Part shown: in pieces, positions 27,418-40,645 of the stretch | How the letters are laid out: each line of letters opens with the position of its first letter | Numbering within the stretch: the stretch's first letter is position 1 | Assembly (NCBI RefSeq): GCF_006345805.1 | Contig: NC_043005.1 | Location: 41,974,001 to 42,038,000 of the forward strand | DNA: 64,000 nt | Direction of reading: 5' to 3' | From: Octopus sinensis | Lineage: Eukaryota | Made by a program: the position numbers and the translations under genes | The notes under the pieces: generated by a model | Told to the model about the DNA's origin: nothing | Seen by the model: the letters and a program-made list of their open reading frames with translations, nothing else | Database searches by the model: none

Positions 27418-28639
27418 AGTAAATAATAAATTTTAAGTCTGATATCAAAGCCAGATCAAGCGCCCTTGACGGTCATTTTCTTTGCTTTTCTTACTATGAA
27501 AATGAACATCTGAAAAACATCATTTTTTACTCCTTTAATTTAAAATCTAGAACAGTATTTGTATGCTCTGATTGACAGAGTATTAACGTGTAGAATGTAT
27601 CTATAAGATCATCATTAGTTAAAGATTATTTTAATAATTGTCTGAAATCATAATATAACTTGATCACTCCAAGTGTGAACTAACTGAGAAGAGAGGGAGT
27701 TATCAAACTATATCTTCAAATTTTTATCTGAACACGAACCTCTCTAGAAGGTATTTTCTGCAGTTCATGAAGCAAAATATTAAAAGGAAATGAAATGCCC
27801 AAATACATTTGTGGAATGTTTAGAACCTAAAAACTTAAGTGACAGACATTTTTGCCCTTGATAGTATATTCTATATAAAAAATACTTAAACAACCAAATC
27901 AACAAGTATGAGGTTATACGTTAGTTAATGGATAAGAAACAAGCCCAAAGAGAAATTCTAGTTCTTTCAAATTGTAGTTAGTTATTTCAAGTTCATTTGG
28001 ATATATGACGATAAAATTCACAAAAGCTGATGTAGGATGCAAATTCTACTGAACTGTAAATTCTGGAGAGGACTATTTGAGAAAAATGTGGTATGGGGGT
28101 GAGACGGTTGAAATGATAGAAGAAAGAGAAAAATATGCGTTGGATTTTAGGGTTTAAACACCTAACCAGTTCAGAAAAAAAAAATAGAAGTCGTTGTTGT
28201 ATTTATTTGTAGAATAAAAAGCAAAAAGCCTCACTTATGAGCAAATGGTTGTGGTGTGTTGGGGAGAGAAACTTTGTAAGTTGAAAGACCCGGCAATGAA
28301 ACCCCAGTCTCGCGCTATTTCCGCTCTAACAGTCATTCACTACAACATCTGTCTGTGTTCGGATTGTCTTTGCACAGGGGCCATCTGGACTCCTGCCTTC
28401 GCCATGAACATAAATTAATCTCTCTTCGCTCGTTTGCGTCACGGGGGCTCGACGCCCCTCCTCTCGTCACTCCTACTCACCTTCACTTTTCATTGATACC
28501 CCTCCACCCTCACCCCCACCTAAAAACTTCACCCCGCACATTCTCTTAACTTAGTAGTTCGGCATAAGAGACTAATAGAAGGACCAGACTTTAAAAAGAT
28601 GTATATATTCATACATAAATGTGTGCGTGAGTATATATA

Positions 28640-28727
<88 letters not shown>

Positions 28728-29669
28728 TATGTATTTATAGAGTTAGTGATATACATGTGGGTGTTGATGTGCATTGATAAATATGTATGTTTACATACAC
28801 ACACACACACTCACACTTACACGCACTTACATACGGATGCATACTTATACTCACACAGATAAATATCTACGTATTCGTGCTGTTTAACTTTGAGTATGAA
28901 AAAGAGACAAGAATATGGAGGAACCTGTATGAGTGTCTGTAGGTAGGGTCGTCTTAGGTAGAATATTTACTATAAACGTACATCTACGTATAAAGTAAAT
29001 CTAATTAAAATCAGGTAGTCAGATAATAAATAAAACCTTAATAATCCGCTATGAAGCATGAGATGTGATGCTTCCATCTTGTTTAGTTGATTAAAGGAAA
29101 TACGAAACGTAAATAATAACGTAAGACAAAATATATTTTAGATCGAGAATATAAAAATATATGTTCAAAATTATTTATTCTATTATTTACTCTGATGCTG
29201 TTAGCTATGTACACTTGTAGGTATGAGAATACATACATGCAATCATAATTGTATATGTATGTATGTATATGTGTATGGGGTAAGATATTTATTCATATAT
29301 ATCTGTGTAAATATATATATATGTACTTGTACATTTATGTGAGTTATTGATAATCTAAAACAAAAAGCAGTATTCAGTGGCTACACATTATGTAGATCTG
29401 TTTCCCATTCGAGCGGAAGTCATTAGCATATAGCTGACTAACATTTTCTAAATTAACATGTAGCCTAAACTTTATAGATATTCATGCTTTTAATTAAATT
29501 TCTTGGTGCGTTTTTATCCTCATTACACATTTAGTATATGAAAATGTCACATGTGACAACGCGACATATTGAAGGGTATGCTATATTCATGTATTTAAAC
29601 TTTATATATATATATGTTATAATCATGTATTAAATATATATATATATGTTATAATCATGTATTTAAATT

Positions 29670-29757
<88 letters not shown>

Positions 29758-30126
29758 TTCATTCTTTGCCATATTGGGGTACTGCCATTTAGGCACAGTT
29801 TATCATGTATTTGGCATCCTATGACGAATTTCGATTAGTTAAATTACATTTTTCATGTATCCCACGGTGGAGATTTAAACAGGTATTCTCTCATAAAATA
29901 AAGGAGCTTCTCCTGACATGTTTCCAGATTTTTCTACCCACTTATCAGAGAGCAAGCACTGCTAGTTTCTCTTTCGTGATAACAGAACTTCAATCAAATA
30001 TCTGTTTAAATTGAATTCAAACTGTACTGTTTTCAATTACATTCTGAGTTATACTACTATGCCTAACTTATCTGACGCCAAAATACACAGGGTATGCAAA
30101 ACACTATGAAGAGCTCTGCTTTGCAC

Positions 30127-30345
30127 GGCGGCGAGCTCGTAGAATCCTTCCCGCGCCGGGCAAAATGTTTTGCAGCATTTCGCCCATCTTTAAGATCTGG
30201 GTTCAAATTCTGCCGAGGTCAACTACGTCTTTCATCCTCGGAGTCGATAATGATAAGTAGCAGTTGACCACCGAAGTGGATGTGACCAACTTGCCTCTTC
30301 CCCGAAATTACTGGCCTTATTCCAAAATTTGAAGCTAATATTACT
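30127..30345 (+). mobile_element. SINE family B (older copy)
   Basis: GGCGGCGAGCTCGTAGAATC head; GGGTTCAAATTC B-box; TTTCATCCTCGGAGTCGATAA core. Confidence 0.85.
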
Positions 30346-30486
30346 GGATGGTGCTATTTGATATAAATGGGAGCAGAATGAACATCCACAGATACCAACC
30401 TCTTGATTTCAAGATTTTAAGATACTCTCTAACACTTTCAAATTATTGTCATGATACAAACACACAAGCATCGTTCTAATGTATAA

Positions 30487-30720
30487 GGCGGTGAGCTGGC
30501 AGAAACGTTAGCACGCCGGGCGAAATGCTTAGCGGTATTTCGTCTGCCATTACGCTGTGAGTTCAAATTCCGCCGAGGTCGACTTTGCCTTTCATCCTTT
30601 CGGGGTCGATAAATTAAGTGCCAGTTACGCACTGGGGTCGATGTAATCGACTTAATACCTATGTCTGTCCTTGTTTGTCCCCTCTGTGTTTAGCCCCTTG
30701 TGGGTAATAAAGAAATAGGT
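30487..30720 (+). mobile_element. SINE family B, young full-length copy
   Basis: Nearly identical to 53653-53883; core GACTTTGCCTTTCATCCTTTCGGGGTCGATAAATTAAGT resembles the Meta-SINE domain (from recall). Confidence 0.92.
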
Positions 30721-31133
30721 ATTGGTAAATTTCCTGTCAGTTGTGCGATCAAATGGATTTCTTCTTCGTAGAATTGATGTGTAAGAAGCTGTGTTTACAC
30801 GTACACTCATATCGGCAGGCTTAACCAGAAGCAGTGGTGCGTGAAGAGGCTCTTCATTTGGAGAAGTCTCATTACAGTTCAATTTCAGTCTGAAGGTATG
30901 GGTCGGCCTAAGGCTGTAGAGAACGACATTGGCCCCCCAGACATCAAGCAGTAGGATCGAATTCCAGCTTTCATGTGCTTCTGAAGCAAACTTCTTAATC
31001 TTCAGACATTCAGCCATACTGCACTGACTGTCTATGTTTGCTTCTCCTTCTTTGTGTGCGTTCCCGTGAGTGTGTGTGTGGGTGTGCATCTTTGTGTGCA
31101 CACACACACACACGTATATATCTATATATATAT

Positions 31134-31219
<86 letters not shown>

Positions 31220-31592
31220 TCCTTCTTTCCTTCTTTCCTGAGCGTCCAATAATACTATATTTGTTCCACGTCCTCGCGTTGTTGCGTTTTTTTTGTGCTT
31301 TTTTGTCTGGATTAACTTTATATATATATATACAGACAGAGAGAGAGAGAGAGTGAAAGAGGGAATTCTATAGGGTACTATTACACTTGTGTAATTATTT
31401 GCGGAGTGAATATTGGAAGTGGTAGGACGTATTCGGCATGTTCTTTCAGCATATAGGCATAATAGCTTTTGTGCCCTTAAGTATAATTGTACCCAGTACA
31501 ATTTACACGTCTATAAATGTATTTTACCTAAAAGGTTTTTATATGCTGTCCACTGATAAAATTCATTAATTTTAATGATTTTATCATCTAAC

Positions 31593-31640
<48 letters not shown>

Positions 31641-32659
31641 AGGTCTCATGATGCCGCTAATACTTAGCAGTCGTCAAACTAACGTAAATATGCAAATTAG
31701 CCCACTCTGTGTAGTATAAGAAGGTATCTTTTCAATATGGCTTTCAGCTGTTTGGTCTCAGTTATATGGTGACAGATTAATAGAACTCTAAAAATATCTT
31801 TAAAAAATGTCACGAAAGCGAAGTTATTTATGCTTAGAGTCTTGTAAATAAGTGCCTGTTCATACATTATGTAAGCAGAAATATTGCACCTCGTATTATA
31901 GACATTTATTACTTTAATGCGTGTGTGTATTGTGTGTATGTGTGTGCGTGTGTGTTTGTGACTAAGCATGTATATATACGTATATGTATATATATGTATA
32001 TATGTATATATACATGTATATACGTATGTGTGTATACATATGCACACATATATAAAGAATATATATAAACAAAATGGAGTAATATAATTACTTTACAACC
32101 AGCCGGTTAAATAATAACGAACTGAGCCAGTTAGCTGCTCTATATTTGAAGGACAAGATTTATTTCTGTTAAAAAGGCATGAGAGCGTTTCAAAAATCTC
32201 GTTCATAAATTATTGGTAAAAGAATCATCAAATTGGTTACAAAGTCTACCGAAGTTTTAGGATTGTCACTATGGAACAGGTGTGAATCCTAGAAGTGCAG
32301 ATTTCTCATAAACCAGTCTTCTGGGCGATATTGTCTGATTGTTGAAAGATCTGAAACACACATATTTCCACAGTAACAGCATTGAAGATACGATCCAGTA
32401 CAACAGTGGCCGACATAATGAAAAATGTGTGCTACTACAAAAGAAATGGTTATTTCTAATAATTCAAATATTGTGGAATTGCAAGAATAATGGTACATAG
32501 ATTCTCGAGCGCGATACCAAGTAGTTATTCCTATGAAGACTGTAGTACGTATTGCACTTTTCATATACACGAATAGAGTTCTTGTTGAATTGTTCAAAAG
32601 AAATACTTTTAAACCATTGACGAAATTATTGATTTAACAGATATACTCAAACCTCTACG

Positions 32660-33080
32660 CATACCTACCTATCTACCTACCGACCGACCGACCGACCGAC
32701 CGACCGACCGACCTACTCACCTACCTACCTACCTACCTACCTACCTACCTACCTCCTACCTACCTACCTATCTACCTACCTACCTACCTACCTACCTACC
32801 CACTTACCTACCTACCTACATACATACCTACATACCTACCTACATACCAACTGCCTACTTACCTACCTACCTACCTACCTACATACATACGTACATACAT
32901 ACATACATACATACATACATACATACATACATACATACATACATACATACCTACATACCAACTGCCTACCTACCTACCTACATACATACATACATACATA
33001 CATACATACGTACATACATACATACATACATACATACATACATACATACATACATACATACATACATACATACATGCATG
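32660..33080. repeat. Compound tetranucleotide array (CCTA)/(CCGA)/(CATA)
   Basis: Direct reading; the internal cassette CATACCAACTGCCTAC occurs twice. Confidence 0.95.
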
Positions 33081-33682
33081 CATATATACATACATACACA
33101 CGTGTTCGTCTCGAGGTTGGGGTGTATGTATATATTTTATGCTCTGATATGCAGAATAAATTTATGGATTTACCTTGGCCCTGCATCTGTAAAGTAATTC
33201 AAAATAATTAGATACGTCTGCCAGTCACAGATGGAAGCTTTTGTTTATGTAATTTCGTGATACAAGAGAAAGATAAACGATTGCTGATGAAATCGTAAAG
33301 ACAATGGAAACTATATTCCAGTCGGTCTCTCATTTTCTGTCCACAGTGAAATGTATGAAGACAATCAAATGTATTTAATTTATTTACACACGCAGTGCCG
33401 ACTTAAATCTATGGGTTTATATTCAAGTATATCAGATCATGAAAACAAAAAAACAAAAAAAAAACAACAGTACTAATATGTTACCCAACTTATGCAATCG
33501 AACTAGCAAGAGTGCGTTAGACATGCAAATCCGTGTACGGGATTTAATCACGCGTTTAATAATAGTAGTAGCTATAAATACAACTTTCCTGTAGACAGTT
33601 ACGAGTACAGTAAGGTCCTGATGACAACGTAATGACAATCGAAGCTATAGGCCAGCCTATCCCGCTTTTTCCGTCTACGGTG

Positions 33683-33776
<94 letters not shown>

Positions 33777-34260
33777 GTGTATGAAGACTGCAGATTACAA
33801 GTGTCCAAGGAATTTAATTACCACAATAAGTTTACACACGCAGCACCACCTGAAATCTAATTTCATTTATTTGAATTTTTATGGAGCACTTTTGTGGTAA
33901 AGGCTACGTTCTGAGAGATATTAAGCCGCACTGTCTGAAGCGGTCTTGTCTCTATTATCTATTTAACGTTAGTTCAATTGGGTATTTTTCAGGATTTTAT
34001 TGCCTCAGATTACCTCAGAAAGTCATAACTTCCTGTCAAATCTTATTACGTTTCTTTCTCCTCTTCGCGGTTATTTTGGGTTGACGTGAGCTAGTTACTA
34101 TGTTACCACATATATATATATTATGTATGTATGTATGTATGTATGTATGTATGTATGTATGTATGTATGTATGCATGTAAGTGTGTGTATGTCTGTGTGT
34201 CTGTGTGTATATATGATACACAAACATATGTATAAACAGATAGATAGATACAAATCTATC

Positions 34261-34343
<83 letters not shown>

Positions 34344-34789
34344 CTAGCTTGCAACCACGTTGTCTTCTGTAAGTACAACAAGCGAACCATGTTCAAGATT
34401 CTTCAATTTCCGTTACACATTTGACTGAGACTTATATAGCTCGAATTAATTTCATGCATTTAAAATTTATCGAGTTCATTCCGTGATAACTGCATCGCTT
34501 TCCGATGAATCACTCTGTTCCATATGAAGTGTACGTTTTACCGTTACCTCCTTCGGGTTATTGAGTCAGTTTACATATTCTTGTATTCTTGAATTTATTC
34601 TTAGCTCAGTTTAGTATTTTGAAGACTTATGTGTCGACGATATATTACGTACGTTTCGACTCAATCCACATATTTTCTACTATGTTACCTAATAGGAATA
34701 CAGGAATCGAAATATATTTGAGCACACTTAATCGTCAGCGTATTGCTCTTTTCAAACCAATTAAAAGTTGTTTTTAGATCCACACTAGT

Positions 34790-35849
34790 AGAGAAAATAC
34801 TAACAAGAAATGAAAATTCAAGGAATTATTGTTGGCATATGTACGAAACATAGCGATTTAGAAATTGCCAACTTCTTAAACATTGTAACACTTTTCGTAC
34901 ACAATGTTCAAATGTAACTGGAAGTCTCTGACAGGAATGTCTCAACTGTATAAAAGAGAAAAATGCATCCTAAATGTCTGTGCTCTACAAAGACATTGCA
35001 ATTTATTCAACGGGTTTAGACATTATCGATGATGATCCCGAAACGTCGATTCAGATCATCGCCAAAGTACTTCAATGAGGAACTGGACTATCAGATCTAA
35101 GATACTGAAAAAGCCATTTTATTCTTGTCAGGCGGTTACTTAAGTTTAAAAATCCTCCCGAATATGGTATAATCTGGCTCTTTCTGCTGAGAAAAACTCT
35201 AAGATCGAAAGTTTAACTGGAGAAATGACCGATGTTTATGTGCGATGTCTTTCCGATGTTCTCAGAGTGATGCACGCCAATTTGCCAGCGACTATGATGA
35301 TTTTAGGAGTGACGAGTAGTGAAGTTCATGTTATGCTACTTCACTTCACTCCACAAAGTCTTAAAACTAATGCTACTGGATACGTTGATATACTGTAAAG
35401 ATTTTTTAAAATTCTAGATAGAGGAAACAGACAGTGGAAGAGCATCCGTGTTTCAGCAAGACTCAGTACATTATCATAATGTCCACGTAACGCAAGAAAG
35501 AGTGTCACAACAAAGGCGTGGCCTCCGAACTTGCCAGATGTAAACTCTGGTTGGACTACTACGTTTGGAGCATTGTTGGAAGGGCGATTAATTAACAACC
35601 TCACAATACCACAGCTTCACTGACAGTTTCCATTATCCAAGTGATATTCAAAATGAATGAGGGCTAATTTGTGCTGGCATATCAATGATTTCGGCCCAGC
35701 ATTAGAGCAGCCATCAGAGCTGAAGGCGGATTGATTGAATAACCATATAAGAAAGCGAATGAAGAATACGTGCAGAATTTTTTTTATTAAAATACGTTTG
35801 GATTTTGCTAGATTAGAGATGACTTTTTTTATTTAATTACCACCCTCTA
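34790..35849 (+). mobile_element. Decayed maT/DD37D-type (Tc1-mariner superfamily) transposon
   Basis: Frames give QEMKIQGIIVGI...DLEIANFL, IIDDDPETSI, MMILGVTSSEVHVM..HF.PQSL, VFQQDS, WPPNLPDVN, DYYVWSIV; TIR-like right end TTAATTACCACCCT. Confidence 0.8.
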
Positions 35850-35932
35850 TTCTTAATGTTAGTAAGGTTGACTAACGGATATGTTAACCTAAAACATATC
35901 TAAATATAACAAAATAAATGAAAGAAATGTAC

Positions 35933-35967
<35 letters not shown>

Positions 35968-36257
35968 ATATATATATATATATAAACTAAGATTCTTCAA
36001 TTTCCGTTCCACTTTTCACATAGACGTTTTCTTAGTTCTCACAAATTTAATTTATTTAAACTTTTTATAGTCTACTTGAATGATAAATGCATCGTTTTTA
36101 GATGAATTAAGAAGTCCAGAATGAAATGCATGTCAATTCTATTTCCCCCTCTCTCTCTTCCTCTCTCCCCACTCTCTCCCTCTCTCTCTATCTCTCGCTA
36201 TCTATCTCTTTCTCTGTTTCTTTCTCTCTCTTTCTCTGTTTCTTTCTCTCTCTTTCT

Positions 36258-36295
<38 letters not shown>

Positions 36296-36934
36296 CACAC
36301 ATACAACTTAACCCTGCTTCAAAAAGCATAAAATGCTTCTGCCAATAAACTAATAGCTAACACTATCAAGACTTATAGTTACAGAATGTGATGAATGCAC
36401 CTAAGTAGTAACTAGTAGCAGAGATTGATATTGTTGTTTGTTGAAATTCATTTAAAATTGATTTTTATTAATGGAACTTTATACGTATTTGCTTATTAAG
36501 CAGACTAACTTAATATCTCGTATGTTTTATCATAAGAAACACTTAAAGGTTTAGTTAATCGTGTAGCTCAGAATATTTTTTTCTTTTTGTATTTAGTAGC
36601 AGTTTAATCATGATATTGTACATGAATGCCTAAATGGTTTCATTGAATAATAATGCTAAATAATTTTTGCACGGGCTGTCAATATTAGTTACTTTTTATT
36701 CTTTATGTGTGGCATTTATACATGTACGTATGTATGTATGTATGTATGTATGTATGTATGTATGTATGTATGTATGTATGTATGTATGCATGCATACTGT
36801 CGTATTCTTGTGGCATCGTCCAAAAGTACCAATCTGTTGCTTAGGAAGTGGCCGGAAGTGACATTGGCAATCAGTTCTCTAGTTCTTTTCTGTCTTTTAC
36901 ATTGAGCTTTTCCATTCCACTGTCACCTTATTTC

Positions 36935-37062
36935 GGTTGGTTGGCATCCTTTCTCTCTCGGGAGACAATGGAGTTGCGCATAAAGTAGTCTAGTCCGGCT
37001 TTTATATTTCATGTCCTGATACATTTCCTGCTGTGGCTGTGTAGTCCTATTTCGGACGAAGC
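36935..37062 (-). mobile_element. RTE/BovB-like LINE 3' end
   Basis: Minus translation SEIGLHSHSRKC (compare SRIGLxSHxRxC), followed by the CCATTGTCTCCCGAGAGAGAAAGGATGCCAAC tail. Confidence 0.7.
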
Positions 37063-37364
37063 ATATATATATATATTACCTCCCCTTATTTAGAACTCTT
37101 TTGAACATAAACATAACGATAACCCTGTTCAACATAAACATAACGTCGCAAGAAATTTGAAAAGCTAAACGCGAAACCGGTCTTTCTTCTAAATTATGTC
37201 ATTATAAGAGAAAAATTTTTTTAATATTCTTCAAAAATTTTTTTAATATTCTTCAGACATATTGACGCAAATATATATATTTTTAACATTTAAGCCTTCT
37301 GTAGTTTTTTCACTTTTTACTATTTTCTATATATTCAACCACGTGCTTTCACAAACCAACTTTC

Positions 37365-37479
<115 letters not shown>

Positions 37480-37544
37480 ATATATATCAGCATCCATGTA
37501 CCTGACTCATACAAAAACACTGACTCAAAAGATGTTCAAAACAA

Positions 37545-38770
37545 CGATATGATTTTTCTGAGTAGATTTGACGTCTTTATCTTTTCATTTTTGTTCATTG
37601 CGGTCCAGGCTTTGGTAATTCTAATGTTAATGTCCTTTATTGATGAACTTATCCAGTTACTCAAGTATAGAAAATCATCAATACGATTTAGTATTCCGCT
37701 AACCAGTGTGGCAACATTTCTATCTTGATTTTGTGACATGTACTCTGTCTTGGTAACATTTATGTGCAGACCAGTCTTTCTGGCAGGGATTTTGACTTTA
37801 TGAAGAAGTTCTTGAGCTTGATCAATGGTATTTGATTAAAGAGCTGTCATTAGCAAAATCTGTATCATATACAATATTTGATGGGTTTCGTTTACTTTTC
37901 CTTCGTGTCAATGTAAAGCTGAGATCTTGTTCATTACCAATTGACTTCCTTCATCGCATAGTCCAGAGCGATTAAGAAAAGATATGGTGCCACTGTGCCC
38001 CCTTGAAGAACACTCGCTAAGATTTCAAAAAGCTCCGTGTCACCATTAGGGGAGAGAACTTGAGCTTCCGTATTTATGTAGAGTAGATTTACAGTAGAAA
38101 GTTTGATACTAGGTTCGCCATATAAAACTAGGAATGACAGAAGCTTTACTATATGGATGGTGTGAAAATGTCTTTCTGAAGTCAATGAACGTTAGTACCG
38201 TTTTCACGTCACGTCGTCTCCGTTGTGTCAGTAGTTGTGAGAAAGTTGAGATATTCTGTCTGGAACGATTTTAATTTATTCTGAAACCATTTTGATTTAT
38301 TTGGGTTTAGATGTAGTCCTATACTGCTTAGTAGTATTCTGTTGTTGATTTTAGCTGTAACTACTAACGGAGTATTTTCTCAATATTTAGCTGATATTTC
38401 AAGTCACGTGTTTTGCGTTCAAGCAATATTCCTCTTTTTGTCCAGATTTTCAGTACATCACCTTTGACGGTCTTTTGACAGATTTCAAACAGTTCATCGT
38501 TCATGCATACTCCTTCTGGTATATCATCCGAGGCTGTAGCCTTCCTGTATTGTTTCGACTTGATCGTTTCTTTGTATTTCTGCAGTGTAAAATCAACAAC
38601 AAAAGGCAGTGAGTCAATATTTCCTTTAACTCATCAGTATTTCTTTCTGCTATCAAATGCATTTCATGAATACCGCACGAAGTGAAGACCATGACCTGCA
38701 TTATCACGGGTTGCCCTTTGGCAAGGCATAGTACCCGTTCAAACACTCCCGTCAGAGATACGTTGAAAAG
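37545..38770 (-). mobile_element. Decayed RTE-clade LINE reverse transcriptase
   Basis: TAKINNRILL...NQNGF, TFIDFRKTF, VLSPNGDTELFEILASVLQGGTVAPYLFLIALDYAMK, DDFLYLSNWISSSIKDINIRITKAWTAMNK. Confidence 0.88.
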
Positions 38771-39473
38771 GAAGCAAGCTTCATAAACCCGTATATTTCC
38801 TTTGGGTAAACAGCAGTAAACGACAAACTTGTATTGGCAGGATGCACATTGTGGCTCAGCAGCTGATCATCTGCTTTGACAATGCACAGGCACACAAGCT
38901 CTAGCTATAGACATGTACATCTGTATATGCATATATATATAGAGAGAAAGTTACATTCAAAGGAATTAGACCGTAAAATACAAATGAACCATATGATAAA
39001 CAGGATGCGTAGCCAATGAACTAACAAAGTACAATGCTTTCCAACAAACAAACGGAATGCCAGTCAAAATCTCGTTCGTAATACTTTGTGTAAGTTCGCT
39101 GATGACCCGAAGACACGATGCCTTTCAATTTTTAATGAAATAAGAATATGTGAACGTAAAAAATATATCCTACGAACCGAAGAAGATATTACAAAGCAAA
39201 ATGAATAAAATTTATAAAAGTATGAACAACAAAAGCACAAATTAACCTTAGTAACCATCAGAATGGCGGATTGCACAAAACACACTCTAAACAAAAGAAA
39301 ATAAAAAGCAATATGACAAAACTACATTAGAAATTAACCAATGAAATAAATAACTTCAGGCAAAGATCAAATAAAAACCGCATAATTAAAGAGCTTACTT
39401 GAAACAAACCAATGGAAACAAATGGCATAAAGTGAAGAAAAACCACAAGCAGAAGTACACACACGCACACACA

Positions 39474-39510
<37 letters not shown>

Positions 39511-39667
39511 GGAATATCTATTATTAGCAATTTTGATATCGCTGTGCACGACTCACGACATCAATTTCGGTTTCAGAATGTACTAATCCATATCTATGTC
39601 CGCACGATACACAAATACATTTAAGGTATTTTTCAATCTATTTGTATTATTAAACATCTCCCTTCAA

Positions 39668-39875
39668 GGCAGCGAGCTAGCAGAATCGTTAGCGCGCCGG
39701 GAAAAATGTTTCGCGGCTTCTCACCTGTCTTTATGTTCTGAGTTCAAATGCCACCGAGGTCGAATTTGCCTTTCATCCTTTCGAGGTCGATAAAATAAGT
39801 ACCATTGGAGTCGATGTAATCGGTACCTCCCCCACCCCAAACGTTCTGACCTTGTGCCAAATTTTGAAGACATTA
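39668..39875 (+). mobile_element. SINE family B
   Basis: Family head, GAGTTCAAAT B-box and TTTGCCTTTCATCCTTTCGAGGTCGATAAAATAAGTACC core. Confidence 0.88.
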
Positions 39876-40224
39876 TCAAACATCTCTCTATTGATGAACA
39901 TTTCAAACACCTATTGATAGAGTAATCATTCATCCCCTCGCTATTTTATTAGATATTCGGGACTTTTTCTTTTAAAAAGGAATATCAGTTAAGAATTTTA
40001 TAACTGAGCTTTTACACTCTTGCTGCCTCTGTGCTATAATAATTTATTATTTCATTTCGCATCTAGTATTACAATTTCAGTAATATTTATCTTCTCTTTA
40101 CTCTACAAAAACAACTTATCATTATAGTCAAGTATCTTTATGAGCATTATATCTTGTGGTCGCTTCTCATATATAATTAAATTTCATTATGATGGCTTCA
40201 CAAATTCCTTCCATTTTTGGTGGA

Positions 40225-40390
40225 CAAGTACTGGTGAGGAGGTGACGAGCAGGGTAGCGAATCTCACCCAGAAATGGCAGAGAGGAAGCTGTCCCTGAAA
40301 AGTTGGGTGGGTGTAGCAAATGCGTACATCGCTTCCGTCATCTAGTACCGCCTGACCGTCGTCCCTTGCCCAGCTCGTGGCTGATCAAGT
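40225..40390 (+). mobile_element. L1/Tx1-like LINE RT C-terminal fragment
   Basis: Translation RKLSLKSWVGVANAYIASVI*YRLTVVPCP resembles the post-RT LSLKGR..VAN..IAS motif. Confidence 0.6.
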
Positions 40391-40429
40391 GGTAGTGGGG
40401 GCAAGCATAGACACACAGACGCTCACACT

Positions 40430-40645
40430 TCACAGACACACTCCCACACACGCACATGCACATGCACACTCAGATATAGACATATATATATTCGACGAAT
40501 TTCTTTCAGTTTCCGTCTACCAAATCCACGCAAAAAGTTTTGTTCGGCCTGAGCCTATAGTAAAAGACACATGGCCAAGGTACCACGATTGAATCTGAAA
40601 CTATGTGGCTTGGAAGCAAACTTCTTACCCCATAACCACACCTGT
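40430..40645 (-). mobile_element. SINE family C, partial and decayed
   Basis: TTTCAGTTTCCGTCTACCAAATCCAC and AAGACAC.TGGCCAAGG.ACCACG match the reverse complement of 3400-3500. Confidence 0.8.
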
